A program made the position numbers and the translations under genes. Positions 14,236 through 33,188 of a stretch of DNA of 64,000 nucleotides are shown piece after piece. Source of the stretch: Flaccisagitta enflata (lineage: Eukaryota); the NCBI GenBank assembly GCA_965153355.1, contig OZ231126.1, positions 42,470,001 to 42,534,000 of the forward strand, read 5' to 3'. The notes beneath the pieces were generated by a model. The model searched no databases and was not told the origin of the DNA. It saw nothing but the letters and a program-made list of their open reading frames with translations. Position 1 is the stretch's first letter. Every line of letters starts with the position of its first letter.

Positions 14236-14324
14236 ATGGCCGGCGGCGAAGCTCGCGCGCTCTCTTCGGGTCCCAAAGCACTAGTCAATCTATTCACCCG
14301 CGATGCAATTAAACCAAGAATGAG

Positions 14325-14925
<601 letters not shown>

Positions 14926-15049
14926 GAGAATTCCATTCATCATTCCATTTAATGATGCTGAATCATCAGACTCATCATCATCATCGACTGGGGCCCATTT
15001 TACCCGAATTGGTTCCTCAATTCCGACCATTATACCAAAAACGAATCCC

Positions 15050-15230
15050 CGCCGCGCCGGCGCCTGAATGAGCGCGCCAAGATGCGCACGCGCGGCGCCT
15101 CAATGAGCACGGCAAGATGCGCAGCGCCTGAATGAGCGCGCCAAAGATGCGCACGCGCGGCGCCTGAATAAGCGCGCCAAGATGCGCACGCGCGGTGCTT
15201 GAATGAGCGCGCCAAGATGCGCACGCCCGC
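15050..15230. repeat. GC-rich ~35-bp minisatellite
   Basis: About 5 copies of GCGCCTGAATGAGCGCGCCAAGATGCGCACGCGCG. Confidence 0.85.
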
Positions 15231-16301
15231 ATAGGGGGGCCGATGGACGGCGATGGAATCTGATGAACGCTATGGAATGTCGCCGTTGATGCTTCATGAG
15301 GATGATCGCCTCGAACATTTTATGTAGAATTTGCAATGTACTATCTAGAGCACAAGTATGAATACACGCATTTAAAGCCATAATTCTGCTTAAAATAAAG
15401 AATTCATATAGAAATCAAAGAGATTTTAAAACTTCTTCAAATTTCTGACTTGATACCGCAAACCGCGTTTGTCTAGCTCAAACCGTTTAGAAAAGAGAAG
15501 CAAAACAAAACAGGTACCTCAACTGAATATTAGCAAAATCATTACAAAGAGATTTCCGCTTCAAGTGATAACACCATTTTAAACATAGATTTAAGATTTT
15601 TTCATCTAATTTTTAGTCCCTTCTTCAATGCCATAGACTCATTGTATTTTATTGGCTGGTTCCAACCCCTCTGAATCATTGTGGTTGCAAAAAAGCTAAA
15701 AAGAGAATTAAGTATATACTAAAGACTGATCCTAAACAGTTTTCATGGAAAGGAAGAAACATAATGTGTTTATATCTAACATTCATTTGAAAATGTTCAA
15801 AAACCCATACTCAATAAGTTGTTGAACCTCCGAGATGGTAAGATAAGTATCTGATATATTCTTAAGGTTTCTTTACATAAACTTTTTACATAAACTATGC
15901 AATTACTAAAATGTTTCTATACTTTTGCTCTAGATACACACCAAATAGTTTCAATGAACTAAAACACGGCTTCATACGCTTCGCCATTGTTTTGCCGTGC
16001 GGGTTTTCTCAATCAAATACCGACCTCTGCTTGTTTGATTTTCTGCCTTCATGCCACTTCGTATGTTTGATATGAATGGCGGCCGAATTTTAAAGTTTGC
16101 CCAAATTCTATCCATGGATCATTAACGAGGAATTATCCCTATGTAGACGCAAAAAAAGCCAAAACATTTCAAAGAATTCCATCATATGTCTATCATATGT
16201 ATAGATGCTTATCCATTGTTCCTTAGTTGTGATTAAATCGCCGTATATGGATTTTATGGATTTTGATCACCAAAACTAGTCGGCTGATGATGCTCGTCGG
16301 G

Positions 16302-16432
<131 letters not shown>

Positions 16433-16825
16433 CGCCTACAACACAGACAATTCGATTGCCTGTCGGTGAAACAACTGTTTGTGGTTCATGTCAAAGCCCC
16501 ATTTGCTAAAATTTGTTTGCATGTACGAAACATACTTTACACATGAATCTCCAAAGCAGGCGCGAATGAATTATCTTACTTTACATTGCAAATTTTTTTA
16601 GGAAGTTTTGGGAAAAAAGAAATCCTCTCTGGTATGCGACTTTTTTTCCACTCCCTCATGCAAATCGACTACGAGACAAAGGAATTTTCAACAGGCCAAA
16701 ATCCATCTGAGGAAAATCATGGCTAATGGGGGATTTACACTCTTTTTAGATGCGTCATCGCACCTCTATGAATGGGTCTGTCCGTCCGTCCATCCGCCTG
16801 TCTGTTGGTTGGATGGATGATCAGG

Positions 16826-16860
16826 TATGTAATGTATGTATGTATGTATGTATGTATATG

Positions 16861-16896
<36 letters not shown>

Positions 16897-17133
16897 TATA
16901 TATAGTATATATGTATGTATGTATGTATATGTGTATGAATGTATGCATGTCTGTATGTATGTATGTACGTATGTATGTATGTATGTATGTATGTATGTAT
17001 GTATGTATGTATGTATGTATGTATGTATGTATGTATGTACGTATGTATGTATGTATGTATGTATGTATGTATGTATGTATGTATGTATGTATGCATGTAT
17101 GTATGTATGTATGTATGTATGTATGTATGTATG
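16826..17133. repeat. (TATG)n microsatellite
   Basis: Directly visible. Confidence 0.95.
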
Positions 17134-17339
17134 TGAAGTGGAACAATATCCCTCAGTTTGCCCAAACTGAAATAAATGGAAGAGGCTCATGTGAGCTACA
17201 CAATTATCCACTGTTTGTCTATCATTTGTCAAAAAAACCGAGGAGACATCGCATCGTTGCCTGATTGGGCTCGTTTTTTGCACCGAGAATATCCGTCACC
17301 TGATTTTTCTTGCCTCGTCTATCTGTAGGCCTTGAAATT

Positions 17340-17466
17340 CTTAGGTGCGACAAAGCACCTCTATAACCGTCGGTTGGTCGGTCGGTCGGTTGGTCGGTTG
17401 GTCTGTCTGTAACGCATTCGTTCGACGATCCACACGTCGCACCTTATTGGCCTACTTGGCCTTGTT
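17340..17466 (+). mobile_element. Short HINE/DINE-like element, family A variant
   Basis: TTAGGTGCGACAAAGCACCT 5' hairpin, (GGTC/GGTT)n, 3' GGCCTACTTGGCCTTGTT. Confidence 0.6.
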
Positions 17467-17645
17467 TAATCATATGCCATCTTTAAACCTGGCATAAAGT
17501 TTGTTAATCATATGCCATCTTTAAACCTGACTTATATTTGTTAATCATATGCCATCTTTAAACCTGGCATAAAATTTGTTAATCATATGCCATCGTTAAA
17601 CCTGGCATAAAGCTTATTAATCATATGCCATCGTTAAACCTGGAA
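17466..17645. repeat. ~39-bp minisatellite
   Basis: Five copies of TTAATCATATGCCATC(T/G)TTAAACCTGGCATAAA. Confidence 0.85.
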
Positions 17646-18490
17646 TTTGAATTTGAACAAGCTTTAATCCCGAGACAGACGACAAATGTCGCCATCAAAA
17701 GAGGACAATAATGGTAAAGCATCCAAGCACTGAATTTTCATGTACTACACAAAGTCCACTTTTCTCTTCCGTTTCAAGTTTCTTTCGTAGTATTTTCACA
17801 TTTCTTAACCGATATCGAGCATGCTATTAAGTTTGTTTTCACTGATCGCTCATGAATACAACACTTTCCTTTATGAAAGCGTCGCGATTGTGTTTTCATT
17901 CGTGATGCGGCTGCGTTTGCTATGCAGCACCCTCGAGGTCGCCAAATGTCCACGAGTCTCGTCAGGTGTCGGCGGCGGCGTGCCAAATCGGAGCGCCACC
18001 TTCCATCAGCTACAGCGTCTTGCAGCCGTGTTAGCGCCACCAACCAGATCGAGGAGATGCAATCAGATTTCCGCCAAGGAGTTGTGACGTTGGTGATAAA
18101 GTCAAACGATGATGTCAAGAGATTCTACGTCATACTAACACAATATTACTTTTTTTTTTTTTTTTTTTTTTTTTAGATTTGTTTTTTTTTTTTTGTTTTT
18201 TTTTGTTTTTTGTTTTTTTTTGGTTTTTTTTTTTGTTGTTTTTTTTTTTTGTTGTTTTTTTTTAAATAAATAACAAACATCTAGGACTAGAGAAGGAGCT
18301 GAAGACAGACAGACTGTAACAAAGTGACAGACCAGCTGTCTCACTTAATTCTAGCGATCACACGTGATTATTGGTAGAAAACAAAGTAGTGAAAGAATTT
18401 CCCTGCAAGCAGACCTGCTGCTGCGTAAAAGCATAACGTACAGGACTTCCGAATTCATAGATAACAATTCAAGTAGACAAATTTACAAGC

Positions 18491-21373
18491 TTAGCGCACG
18501 AGATTAAGTGCATCAGAGTCATTAATCAACACTTCTGTTGGGCTGCGATAGATACCAGTCACATTTTGACGTCTGCCCTCAATGAGTTTTTTTCCCAAGG
18601 GTGAGAAGGCAATGATGCTGAGTAGCCGTTTTTTACCAAACGCCAAGAGATCTTCCTTGATCTGTTTCACGCCGATCTGATCGCAGACGGCGCTGTAGCT
18701 AACGTAGTTTGGCACGCCGCAGTAGAATTTGACGCTGCGAGCGTGACACCTGACGAGTTTATCCCACAGATGTTCGCCCATTGCCGCGTATGCAATGCTT
18801 CCGTATCGCCAGATGCTTGAAACGACCGACTCGTGTAGCTTGACGACCCATTCTGGCCGCCTCCAAAGGGATCTTGCCGAAAGTTTTTTTAGAGCGTTGA
18901 TTCTTGGCGTCGCGCGACCAATCATCTCGTTAATATGGCAGGTCCAATTCAGCTTGTCGTCGAAATTTACCCCGAGAAATCGATGAGATTCAACGCGTTT
19001 GATACTTTCGCCCATGAGGTTGAGATTCATTGTCATTCTTCTGTGTGTTGGTCGACGAGTAAAGAGCATGCAGACAGATTTTTCTGGTGCTAATTTGATA
19101 CGCCATTTTGCCGTCCAATCGGCGATTTTCTTGAGTGCGTTATTGATTTTTTCTTCCGCTTTTCTTGGACAATCACATGTGCTCCATATGCAAATGTCAT
19201 CGGCATATTGGCCCAACTGTACATCGTTATCAATCCCAATTGCTTCTCGTAGATCATCGACGAAAAGATTGAAGAGTGTTGGGCTCAGGACGGCTCCTTG
19301 TGGAGTGCCTCCTTTCATTTTGACTTTTCTTGAGTATTTTTTTCCTACTTTGACTCTTAATTCTCTTTCAGTGAGGAAGCCTTTGATTGTTCCTACTAGA
19401 TGAGCAGGCAGTTGCATTTTTGCGATTTTCCATAGTAGCCCGTTGATGTAGACTTTATCAAAGGCGCCGGCTACGTCAAGAAATACAGCCAGCGTGCTTT
19501 CCTGTTTAGCAAAGCCCTGAGTGACATTGTCACTTAGTCTGACAATCTGTTCTTGGCATCCACGATTCTTCTTGTAAGCCGATTGAAATATGCTTTCTTT
19601 GATTTTTCTTTTTTCTTTTTCCTTTTCAAATCTCTCTTTGATACAGCTTTCAAAGATTTTGGACATGCAAGAGGAGAGAGATATTGGCCTCCAATTTTTT
19701 GAATGTTTGAGGTTTTTGTTAGACTTGGGTATCATACTAATTCTGACCGACCGCCAATTTACTGGGAAATATCCAGCTACTAGTAAGACAGTGAAAATTT
19801 TGGCCAAGCCGCAGATGGCGTCTTTTCCAGCGTGTTTAAGCATTTTGTATGTAACGCCATCATCTCCTCCTGCAGATTTGTTCTTTTTTTTCTTGAGATG
19901 ATGAAAAATTTCGTTTGCAGTGATTTTTTTATCATGAATGATCGGGGGGAGCTTTTTGCCAAATCGTCCGATTTTCTCTGTTTCCCAAAAACTGCTGTTT
20001 GGCGCATTTTTGATGCTGTCATCAACTCTGTCAAATGATGTTAGATCACGGGTCAAGACATCTACTTCTTCATCAATTTTTTTCCTATGTGACTCAGAAA
20101 AAAGTGGATCTTTAGGAAAACTATGTGCAGCAGCTAAACGATCCGCGTGTATCTCAGCCACAATTTGTTCGTCCTTTTGAATGATTCCATGTTGATCCTC
20201 GACCCCTAAAGAGGAACTTTCAACCTTGCCTTTTCCAATTGAGGGTTCCATGTCTTTGAGCATCTTCCAAGATTTTGAAGCATCTTTTTCTGCCCATATT
20301 TCTTCAATATTTTTTGCTTCTGTCGAATCAACGTCCCTCTTGATAAGGCGTTTTACTTCCCGATTTGCAAAATTTGACAATTTCCTCACTAGATTTGTCG
20401 GTTTGCCTTCATCTTCCCAGCTTTTCCTTATCTTATTCAGTTTGCGTCGTATTTCGATGAAATCTTTTGTTTCTCTAGACAAAATAACTCCATTTCTCGT
20501 CATCACTTTTTTCTCCTTTGAATTTTTTTCAACCGCGTTACGTAATGACGCTGCAAATTCATCAATACTCTCGTCGATTTGTTTGGCGCTTCCGCATCTG
20601 ACAATGGGACTGAAGTCAACTAATGTCTCTCGCACTGATGACCAGTCAGTTTTGAGAATCTTGATTGATTCTGACTTGAAGCCACAGTTGATAGTAAGCT
20701 TCGTTGATCGATGGTCAGACCCGCAGCTGTCACCCACGGACCATTTTTTGATTGTCGATGTTCCCTTGTCCTTGACGAGGCAAAGGTCGATGCACGAGCT
20801 AACAGACCTATTAGTGGCGTAAAAGGTTGGTGTATTGTCGTTCATCATCGCGAAGTTATTTACATTGACGAGATTATTGAGGATTGTGCCCGCACGATCC
20901 ATTTTGCCTCTTTTGTCTATGCCACAATGCGCATTGAAATCTCCCATGAAAATTATGCTATTTGTTTGCGAAGTTGCGCTGATGTTGTGTAGTACATCAA
21001 AATGCCTCTGCATCATGGTTTGACCGGGATGAAGATACAGCGTTGAGACTATCAACGTGATCAATGGACATTTTACCTCGACGATCAACATCTCTTCAAT
21101 GTCGCAATCAACTTCAGTTACATTCATTCCATTTTTGAAAAGAATTGCAACGCCTCCGGCGACTGCCTTATTTTTTTTCAAATCTTTCCTCATAGTTTTA
21201 TAGCCATTTATCTTTAGTCGTTTGTTGTTTGTGAGTTTGGTATCATTTAGCAGAATCATATGACCATCCTCACTCTTGCATTCATCTATCAGTACATTCA
21301 ACTCGTTCTTTTTATAATTCACTCCATTGATATTTATCTGATGAATGGAGACAGAACCACCATCATTGCCCAT
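18491..21373 (-). CDS. LINE ORF2: APE endonuclease + reverse transcriptase, 960 aa
   Basis: QININGV, MGDFNAH, CIDL, GSDH (APE); WRPISL, FLDVAGAFDKV, GTPQGAVLSPTLFNLFVDD, QYADD, RFLGV (RT). No RNase H apparent. Confidence 0.95.
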   Translation of the reverse strand: MGNDGGSVSIHQININGVNYKKNELNVLIDECKSEDGHMILLNDTKLTNNKRLKINGYKTMRKDLKKNKAVAGGVAILFKNGMNVTEVDCDIEEMLIVEVKCPLITLIVSTLYLHPGQTMMQRHFDVLHNISATSQTNSIIFMGDFNAHCGIDKRGKMDRAGTILNNLVNVNNFAMMNDNTPTFYATNRSVSSCIDLCLVKDKGTSTIKKWSVGDSCGSDHRSTKLTINCGFKSESIKILKTDWSSVRETLVDFSPIVRCGSAKQIDESIDEFAASLRNAVEKNSKEKKVMTRNGVILSRETKDFIEIRRKLNKIRKSWEDEGKPTNLVRKLSNFANREVKRLIKRDVDSTEAKNIEEIWAEKDASKSWKMLKDMEPSIGKGKVESSSLGVEDQHGIIQKDEQIVAEIHADRLAAAHSFPKDPLFSESHRKKIDEEVDVLTRDLTSFDRVDDSIKNAPNSSFWETEKIGRFGKKLPPIIHDKKITANEIFHHLKKKKNKSAGGDDGVTYKMLKHAGKDAICGLAKIFTVLLVAGYFPVNWRSVRISMIPKSNKNLKHSKNWRPISLSSCMSKIFESCIKERFEKEKEKRKIKESIFQSAYKKNRGCQEQIVRLSDNVTQGFAKQESTLAVFLDVAGAFDKVYINGLLWKIAKMQLPAHLVGTIKGFLTERELRVKVGKKYSRKVKMKGGTPQGAVLSPTLFNLFVDDLREAIGIDNDVQLGQYADDICIWSTCDCPRKAEEKINNALKKIADWTAKWRIKLAPEKSVCMLFTRRPTHRRMTMNLNLMGESIKRVESHRFLGVNFDDKLNWTCHINEMIGRATPRINALKKLSARSLWRRPEWVVKLHESVVSSIWRYGSIAYAAMGEHLWDKLVRCHARSVKFYCGVPNYVSYSAVCDQIGVKQIKEDLLAFGKKRLLSIIAFSPLGKKLIEGRRQNVTGIYRSPTEVLINDSDALNLVR

Positions 21374-23588
21374 TGTGATCAACTGATGGCGTTGACATCG
21401 GCGCCATTAGTGTCAGGTTGGATGATGGGTTGATCTCCATGTCAATTCCCGTTGAGGCTGATGACGTCATCTCGGGAATTTCCACTGAGGCCGCCCCTTC
21501 CGACGGACCTGGCGTGTGTGAGAATAAGTTGGCAAGTGGAGAAACGGAGAGGTAGTTGGGATCTTTTGGGCGGCGTGATCTGAAAGACGTTGTGTCACTT
21601 GCGTCACGATAGGCATTTGCCGGCGTTGCTGGTGACGGTGGACTCGTCGGGAGTGGGTGTTGTGACGCTAATTTTGCTGGTGTATTTGGCGCTGTTGTTC
21701 GGCTCTTTTTTGCTTCTGGTGATGATGGCTGAGTGCAATTATTGTTTTCAACAGAATTGTTGTTATTTTGACCCGACATAAGGATTGCGGCTGCGGCTTC
21801 TATTGGCGCTGAGATGGCATTAGTTATCGCTACTCTTTGAAGAGAATTTCCCGATGGTTTGGTCGACATTGTCGTTGTTGTCGTCATCGTCGGCGTCGAC
21901 GGCGTCGTCGTCGTTGTCGACTTTGTCGCCGTTGCTGTGATTGTTGCTGATAAAGCTGCCGTTGATGCGATTGAAGTTGAAGCTTTCGGAAGCTCTTGAA
22001 ATGTACTGACGCCGCCCGGAAGTGGCGTAGGCCAAACCATTGATGGCCCTGCTGAAGCATCTGTCGAATGAGGAGGAAGAGGAGGAGGAGTGTTTACGAC
22101 GTTGCCGTTGCTCCGTGAGTTGTGGCCTCGCGTCCTCTTCAGGGATTTTGGAGTTTGATTACCCGTTGTATGAGATGTTGGACTGAGGTTCTTTTTGATT
22201 GTGGCGATATCAAATTTTCCCCGAAATTCATTATTGACTATCCTCATTGTGTGAGTATGAACTTCGTCTATATTTATTTTTAGGCCAGTTGATGCGGTGA
22301 TGATGCTGCAAGTAGCTTTGATTGCTGCAGAGAGGATATCAGCGGAAACGAGTTGTTGTTGATTATATTGGAAGGGCTGAGTATCAATGCTACTGCCGTC
22401 GACATTGTTGCTGCTGCTGCTGCTACTGCCTCCGCCGCCGCCGCTGCCGACGCTGCCGACGCTGTGGTTAGAAGCAATGCGATTGTAGTTTGTAGCGTTG
22501 CTACGAATCATTGTGGGGCCGTTGTTTTTTTGGTTAAGGGTCTTTGGGAAGTTTGTGGCATAACAGGCATTAGTCTGCATCGTGATGGGCTGATTAATAT
22601 CTGCTTCTCCTGGTTTAGCGGCCGATAGCTCTTTTTTCCTAGCCGAACGATGAATCTTGAGCTTGGTTGGGCATCCACCAAAGGTTGGTGAATGATCACC
22701 TTTGCAATTGATGCAGACAACATTCTCATTGCTGCAATCTTTTTTAAGATGCCCTGGGGCTCCGCATTTGAGACAGACTGATTCGCCAATACAGTCTCCT
22801 GCAAGATGCCCATGCTTGGCACAATTAAGACATTGTCTCACCTTGACCTTAACATGTCTTTCAACTGCATGTCTTTTGAAGTTGTAGAGCAGACCGTCTT
22901 CGATTAATTTGATCATGTCGCTTTCCTTGTGAATAATCACTCTGACCGCCGTTGTCTTGTTTTTGCTCGCTCCTGTTTCAATCCGGCTTGGATCTGAGTG
23001 TGAGATTTTTTTCGAGTTGAGAAATTCACTTAATGATGCCATTGTAACGTCTTGACTGACTTCTTTGACGTAAGCAAGTTTGTTTTCGTTCTCAGCAATG
23101 CTTAATCGCGGGACAAAATTTGGTCCATCTTTATTCCAACGAGCGCCATTCATTAGGACGTTAAAATCCTTTTCAGTTTTGCCGACGATTAAAATATCAC
23201 CCTTGCGAGTTTTTTTTATCTCACTTATCTCGGTGCCTTCGGGCTTGTTGGCGAGAACAATTTTCACCAACTCACTATGACAGTTGGTTTGATCGGGTCT
23301 GAGATTATGACCAACGATAAGGCCGTATCTTTGTTTCTTAGGTCCTGCTTTGTCACTGTTTCTCGGGCTTTTTTCCCCGACTTTTTTCCAATCGTCATGC
23401 ATGGTTGGGATCTGCAGAGGTGATTCTGTGGTCTGTTGACTGCCGTCATGGGGAGGTTGATGAGGCGTTGAGGTTGGATAGGATGGTTGCGTTGATACAG
23501 TGGATGAAGAGGAGAGTTGATTTGCAGGTGGAGGAGGAAGAGGAGGAGGAGGAGGAAGGAGCGGAGGAGAAGGGGGCAGTTGTCCACG

Positions 23589-23640
<52 letters not shown>

Positions 23641-23852
23641 AGTCGTTGTTGTTGCTGTTGTTGTTGTTGTTGTGTCATGTTGACGCTGTTGACGGAGCTG
23701 TTTTCGTCCTGAGGTGATTTTCCCGTTGATGAATCGAATGAATGTTCCGTAGCAGTGTAAGCGTTGAGAAGAAGTTGAATTTTGGAAAGCTTCTCTTGAG
23801 ACGCGTTTTTGAAGCAGTTTTTGAGCTCTGCTTCTTCGTCGAACTCGGCCAT
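21363..23852 (-). CDS. LINE ORF1: gag-like protein with three CCHC zinc knuckles, 829 aa
   Basis: CLNCAKHGHLAGDC, CLKCGAPGHLKKDC, CINCKGDHSPTFGGC, preceded by an RRM-like segment. First ATG at 23852. Confidence 0.9.
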
Positions 23853-24709
23853 TGTTGTTTTGAAGCCGGACCAGACGCGTAGTATGCGAGATGGACGTAA
23901 GACATGCAAAGGAAGACAGAAAAGCAAACAGGATGAGATAAGAGTTATGACTCAATCTGCTGTCTGTCTGTCTGTTAAGGAGGAAGGAAAGTGATAGAGT
24001 AGGTTGTTCTACACTCTCTGTCTGGCTCACCCAACGCAGTGGATGCTGGTATTTGCACCAGACCCTCCTTTAAGCCCGGTAATCGCAGGCAGGTTGATCT
24101 GGTTTCGCCCTCGACAGCCACTCGAAGCTAGCCAAGTCTCGGGACCCAGACTGATGAATTGATGTGACGTGTGACGTGTGACGTGTATAATGGCGTTTTG
24201 GAAGTAAGTATTGAGGCAGTAACTGCCACCCCTCCCGGGGTGGCTAACGTTTATTTATTGTTTGTAGTACTTCGCTTCTTATGTTATAAGAAAGTCGTTA
24301 ATGAGAAAAGACAGAGTTCCTTTTTGGTCGATCGTTTTTTTCCGAAAAATGATTCTTGGTGAAGAACAGAGAAAAAAAGATTTGGTCTCTCCTTGGAGAG
24401 GTCTCGAAGCGAAGTGAGGTCTCGAAACCTGGCTGTCTTCATATTTTATTCATCCACGTTACTCGAACAAGAGAAAAAGATGGAGGAGAGGATGAAACTT
24501 CGATCCTCGACTTGCGTTGCTACGCAAATTTCGGGGTTTTTTTCTTCTTCTTTTTTTGGTCACTTTGCATCTAACGTTGACAGTCGAATATCAAAACGAT
24601 GAAAGACGAAGACGAACAGTCCAAATTACTCGATCCAAAATAGTGTCACGACCATGGTGATGTATGTGGAATGTTGGACAGATGTGGATCTGGGAAACAT
24701 CTGTGGGAA

Positions 24710-24780
<71 letters not shown>

Positions 24781-25281
24781 GACCATTCCTTCTACCGTCT
24801 TAAACCGGTTTGAGCGTGTCAAGATACTTTTACATCAAAAAGTAAGTCTCGTTTTGAAAAGAATTTGTAAAGGTGTTAGACCGGAGATTGAAAAACAAAA
24901 TACTCGGTCTTAATCAGGTATTTCCTTATCAAGTATGGAAGTTGTACCGTTGATGTTGAGTTTCAATTTCACATGTCCACCGCCGCTGATGCTCTTGACA
25001 AGTAAAAGTCGGCAATGATGCGTCAAGCCCGTGAAAATAGCCATCAGTTTCGTAAAAAGAACTATATTGGCCTATAAAAATAGGTCAAGTGGGGTATCTG
25101 AAGAAGAACTTCTTGGGGTATCTATGAGACTGCTTTAGTCAAAGGCCTCAACCCCTCAATCAACATCGACCCACGCCGTCATCCAATATGCAATGTCCTC
25201 TCATTTCGACTCAACCGGTTATTTCTTCTCCTGCTCCTCCTCAGAACCCTGAACCCGAAACTGTGACATACACGATGCCTA

Positions 25282-26044
25282 CCCTGCTTTCAATATCGAG
25301 TGTTACCAGCAAAACCTTTATTGTATCTAAAGTACTTATTTTCAGAAAATCCAGTTGGTTTTATCTGAAAGCACATAACTTACCATTATTTCATGCAAAA
25401 TTTCGTCATGCTGGGTCTAGTGGTTTATTGTCCACATGATTTTGAAATTTGATGAAATTTGAGCAAAATTTGCCAAAAAAACACATTTTTGAGCGATTTT
25501 ATATGTTTGATCCCTTATAAACTTTGAGCCTCATGAGCTGGAATGACCAAATAAGTCATGTAAAGTCTATAATTGACACTTAATTTGTATCATTTTAGCT
25601 TTTCACCATTCTATAAGAATTTTGATGCTGAAATACAAATGTTGTTATTTGAAACCTGCTTAAACTTCAAAAATTCAAAGGAAAACCCAGATTTTCTATA
25701 TTGATTTCAATGATTTGGTCTTTTTCTACAAAGATACATAAACTGAGACTAATATCCTTCTTTCAAAACAAATCTGGCCATTTTTGCTTGATTCGTTGAG
25801 AAATGACAATGATTCAATGTCACAGTGTCAGTTAATCAATTTTTAAAAAAAATCCGCTAATGGGGTTTATCTCATTTTCATTCAAAATAATGTGGAAGCC
25901 AAATGACTTGAGCCAGTCCTTTGAAATTTTGCATGAACCAATGGTAGGTTATATGCTTTTTGGCAAATCCTACCTGAATTCCAAAAATATATACTTTAGG
26001 AGCAATGAAGGTTTTGCTGGTAACACTCGATATTGAAAGCAGGG
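25282..26044. mobile_element. MITE with ~37-bp TIRs and TA TSD, copy 1
   Basis: CCCTGCTTTCAATATCGAGTGTTACCAGCAAAACCTT...AAGGTTTTGCTGGTAACACTCGATATTGAAAGCAGGG, flanked by TA. Confidence 0.9.
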
Positions 26045-26460
26045 TACTAGGCATTGCCTAGTCAACCTGGTCCCCAGAGGAGAGAGCCTACTGTCGAACC
26101 CGCTCATTCTCAACGTCAGATGAAACACCGAGAGTTGGGCAATGAACGAACTCAACCTCAAAGACAATCCCAGCGCATACGGGATCGTCACCAGAGGGCC
26201 CAACCTTCTACCCAATAGTGGGGGGAGGGGATTGGACTTTTTTGTTTAATCCATGTCGTCCCTTTGTGCATGTTTGTACAATAAATGTCCATCAAAAAAG
26301 AAATAGTGCGTGATCATCTCTATCTAATTATTTTGACCTCTACCGGGGCACCCCGAGTGTCATCTAGTCCTTCTCTTTCTTCTTCAGGCCTTTCTCTCTC
26401 TCTACCTCTTCTCATCTCTATGTTTTCCATTCTTGTCCTATTCTCATTTCTCTCATTTCT

Positions 26461-26505
26461 TTCCCGCTGATGAAGAACAGAGGGCTGTTCGAAATTTTTC
26501 GGTAA
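26461..26505 (+). ncRNA. Minimal type I hammerhead ribozyme-like motif
   Basis: ccg CTGATGA a GAACAG-aggg-CTGTTC GAAA ttt TT cgg: both core boxes, 6-bp stem II, stem I ccg/cgg. Stem III is atypical. Confidence 0.55.
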
Positions 26506-26621
26506 TAAATTTTCTCTTTTTGATTTCACCACGTCCAATCCATATTTGGTATCCGCTTCACCATCAAGTCGTTTTAAACACTTTTTGCAAAACAACAAGA
26601 CAACTCACCCTTCCATTTAAA

Positions 26622-33188
<6,567 letters not shown>

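Larger units (their letters stand above)
18150..24154 (-). mobile_element. Apparently full-length non-LTR retrotransposon (Jockey/I group)
   Basis: Two intact ORFs, a ~225-nt 3' UTR and an A-rich tail (T-rich on plus, 18150-18263). 5' end placed tentatively at an Inr-like TCAGTC (minus, 24154-24149). No TSD found. Confidence 0.9.
24780..26510 (+). mobile_element. Degenerate Penelope-like retroelement 3' part (GIY-YIG remnant plus hammerhead-bearing tail), interrupted by a MITE
   Basis: Frameshifted motifs VEFQF/TCP (~24955), KNYIGL (YIG at 25063-25071) and IYETALVKGLNPSINID (25120-25170), which resemble PLE GIY-YIG motifs. Hammerhead core downstream at 26467. Confidence 0.6.

Noticed and set aside
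17466-17645. Regularly spaced repeats resembling a CRISPR array (also 2641-2805 and 15050-15230)
   Set aside because: Head-to-tail units without unique spacers, no cas genes, eukaryotic context.
17774-18176. GC-richer stretch with overlapping 84-114 aa ORFs
   Set aside because: No recognisable protein motif or consistent splice sites.
24150-24250. CTGATGA, triple GTGACGT and GC hairpins at the LINE 5' junction, considered as a hammerhead or HDV-like ribozyme
   Set aside because: Neither fold can be completed, and the motifs are on the strand opposite to the LINE.
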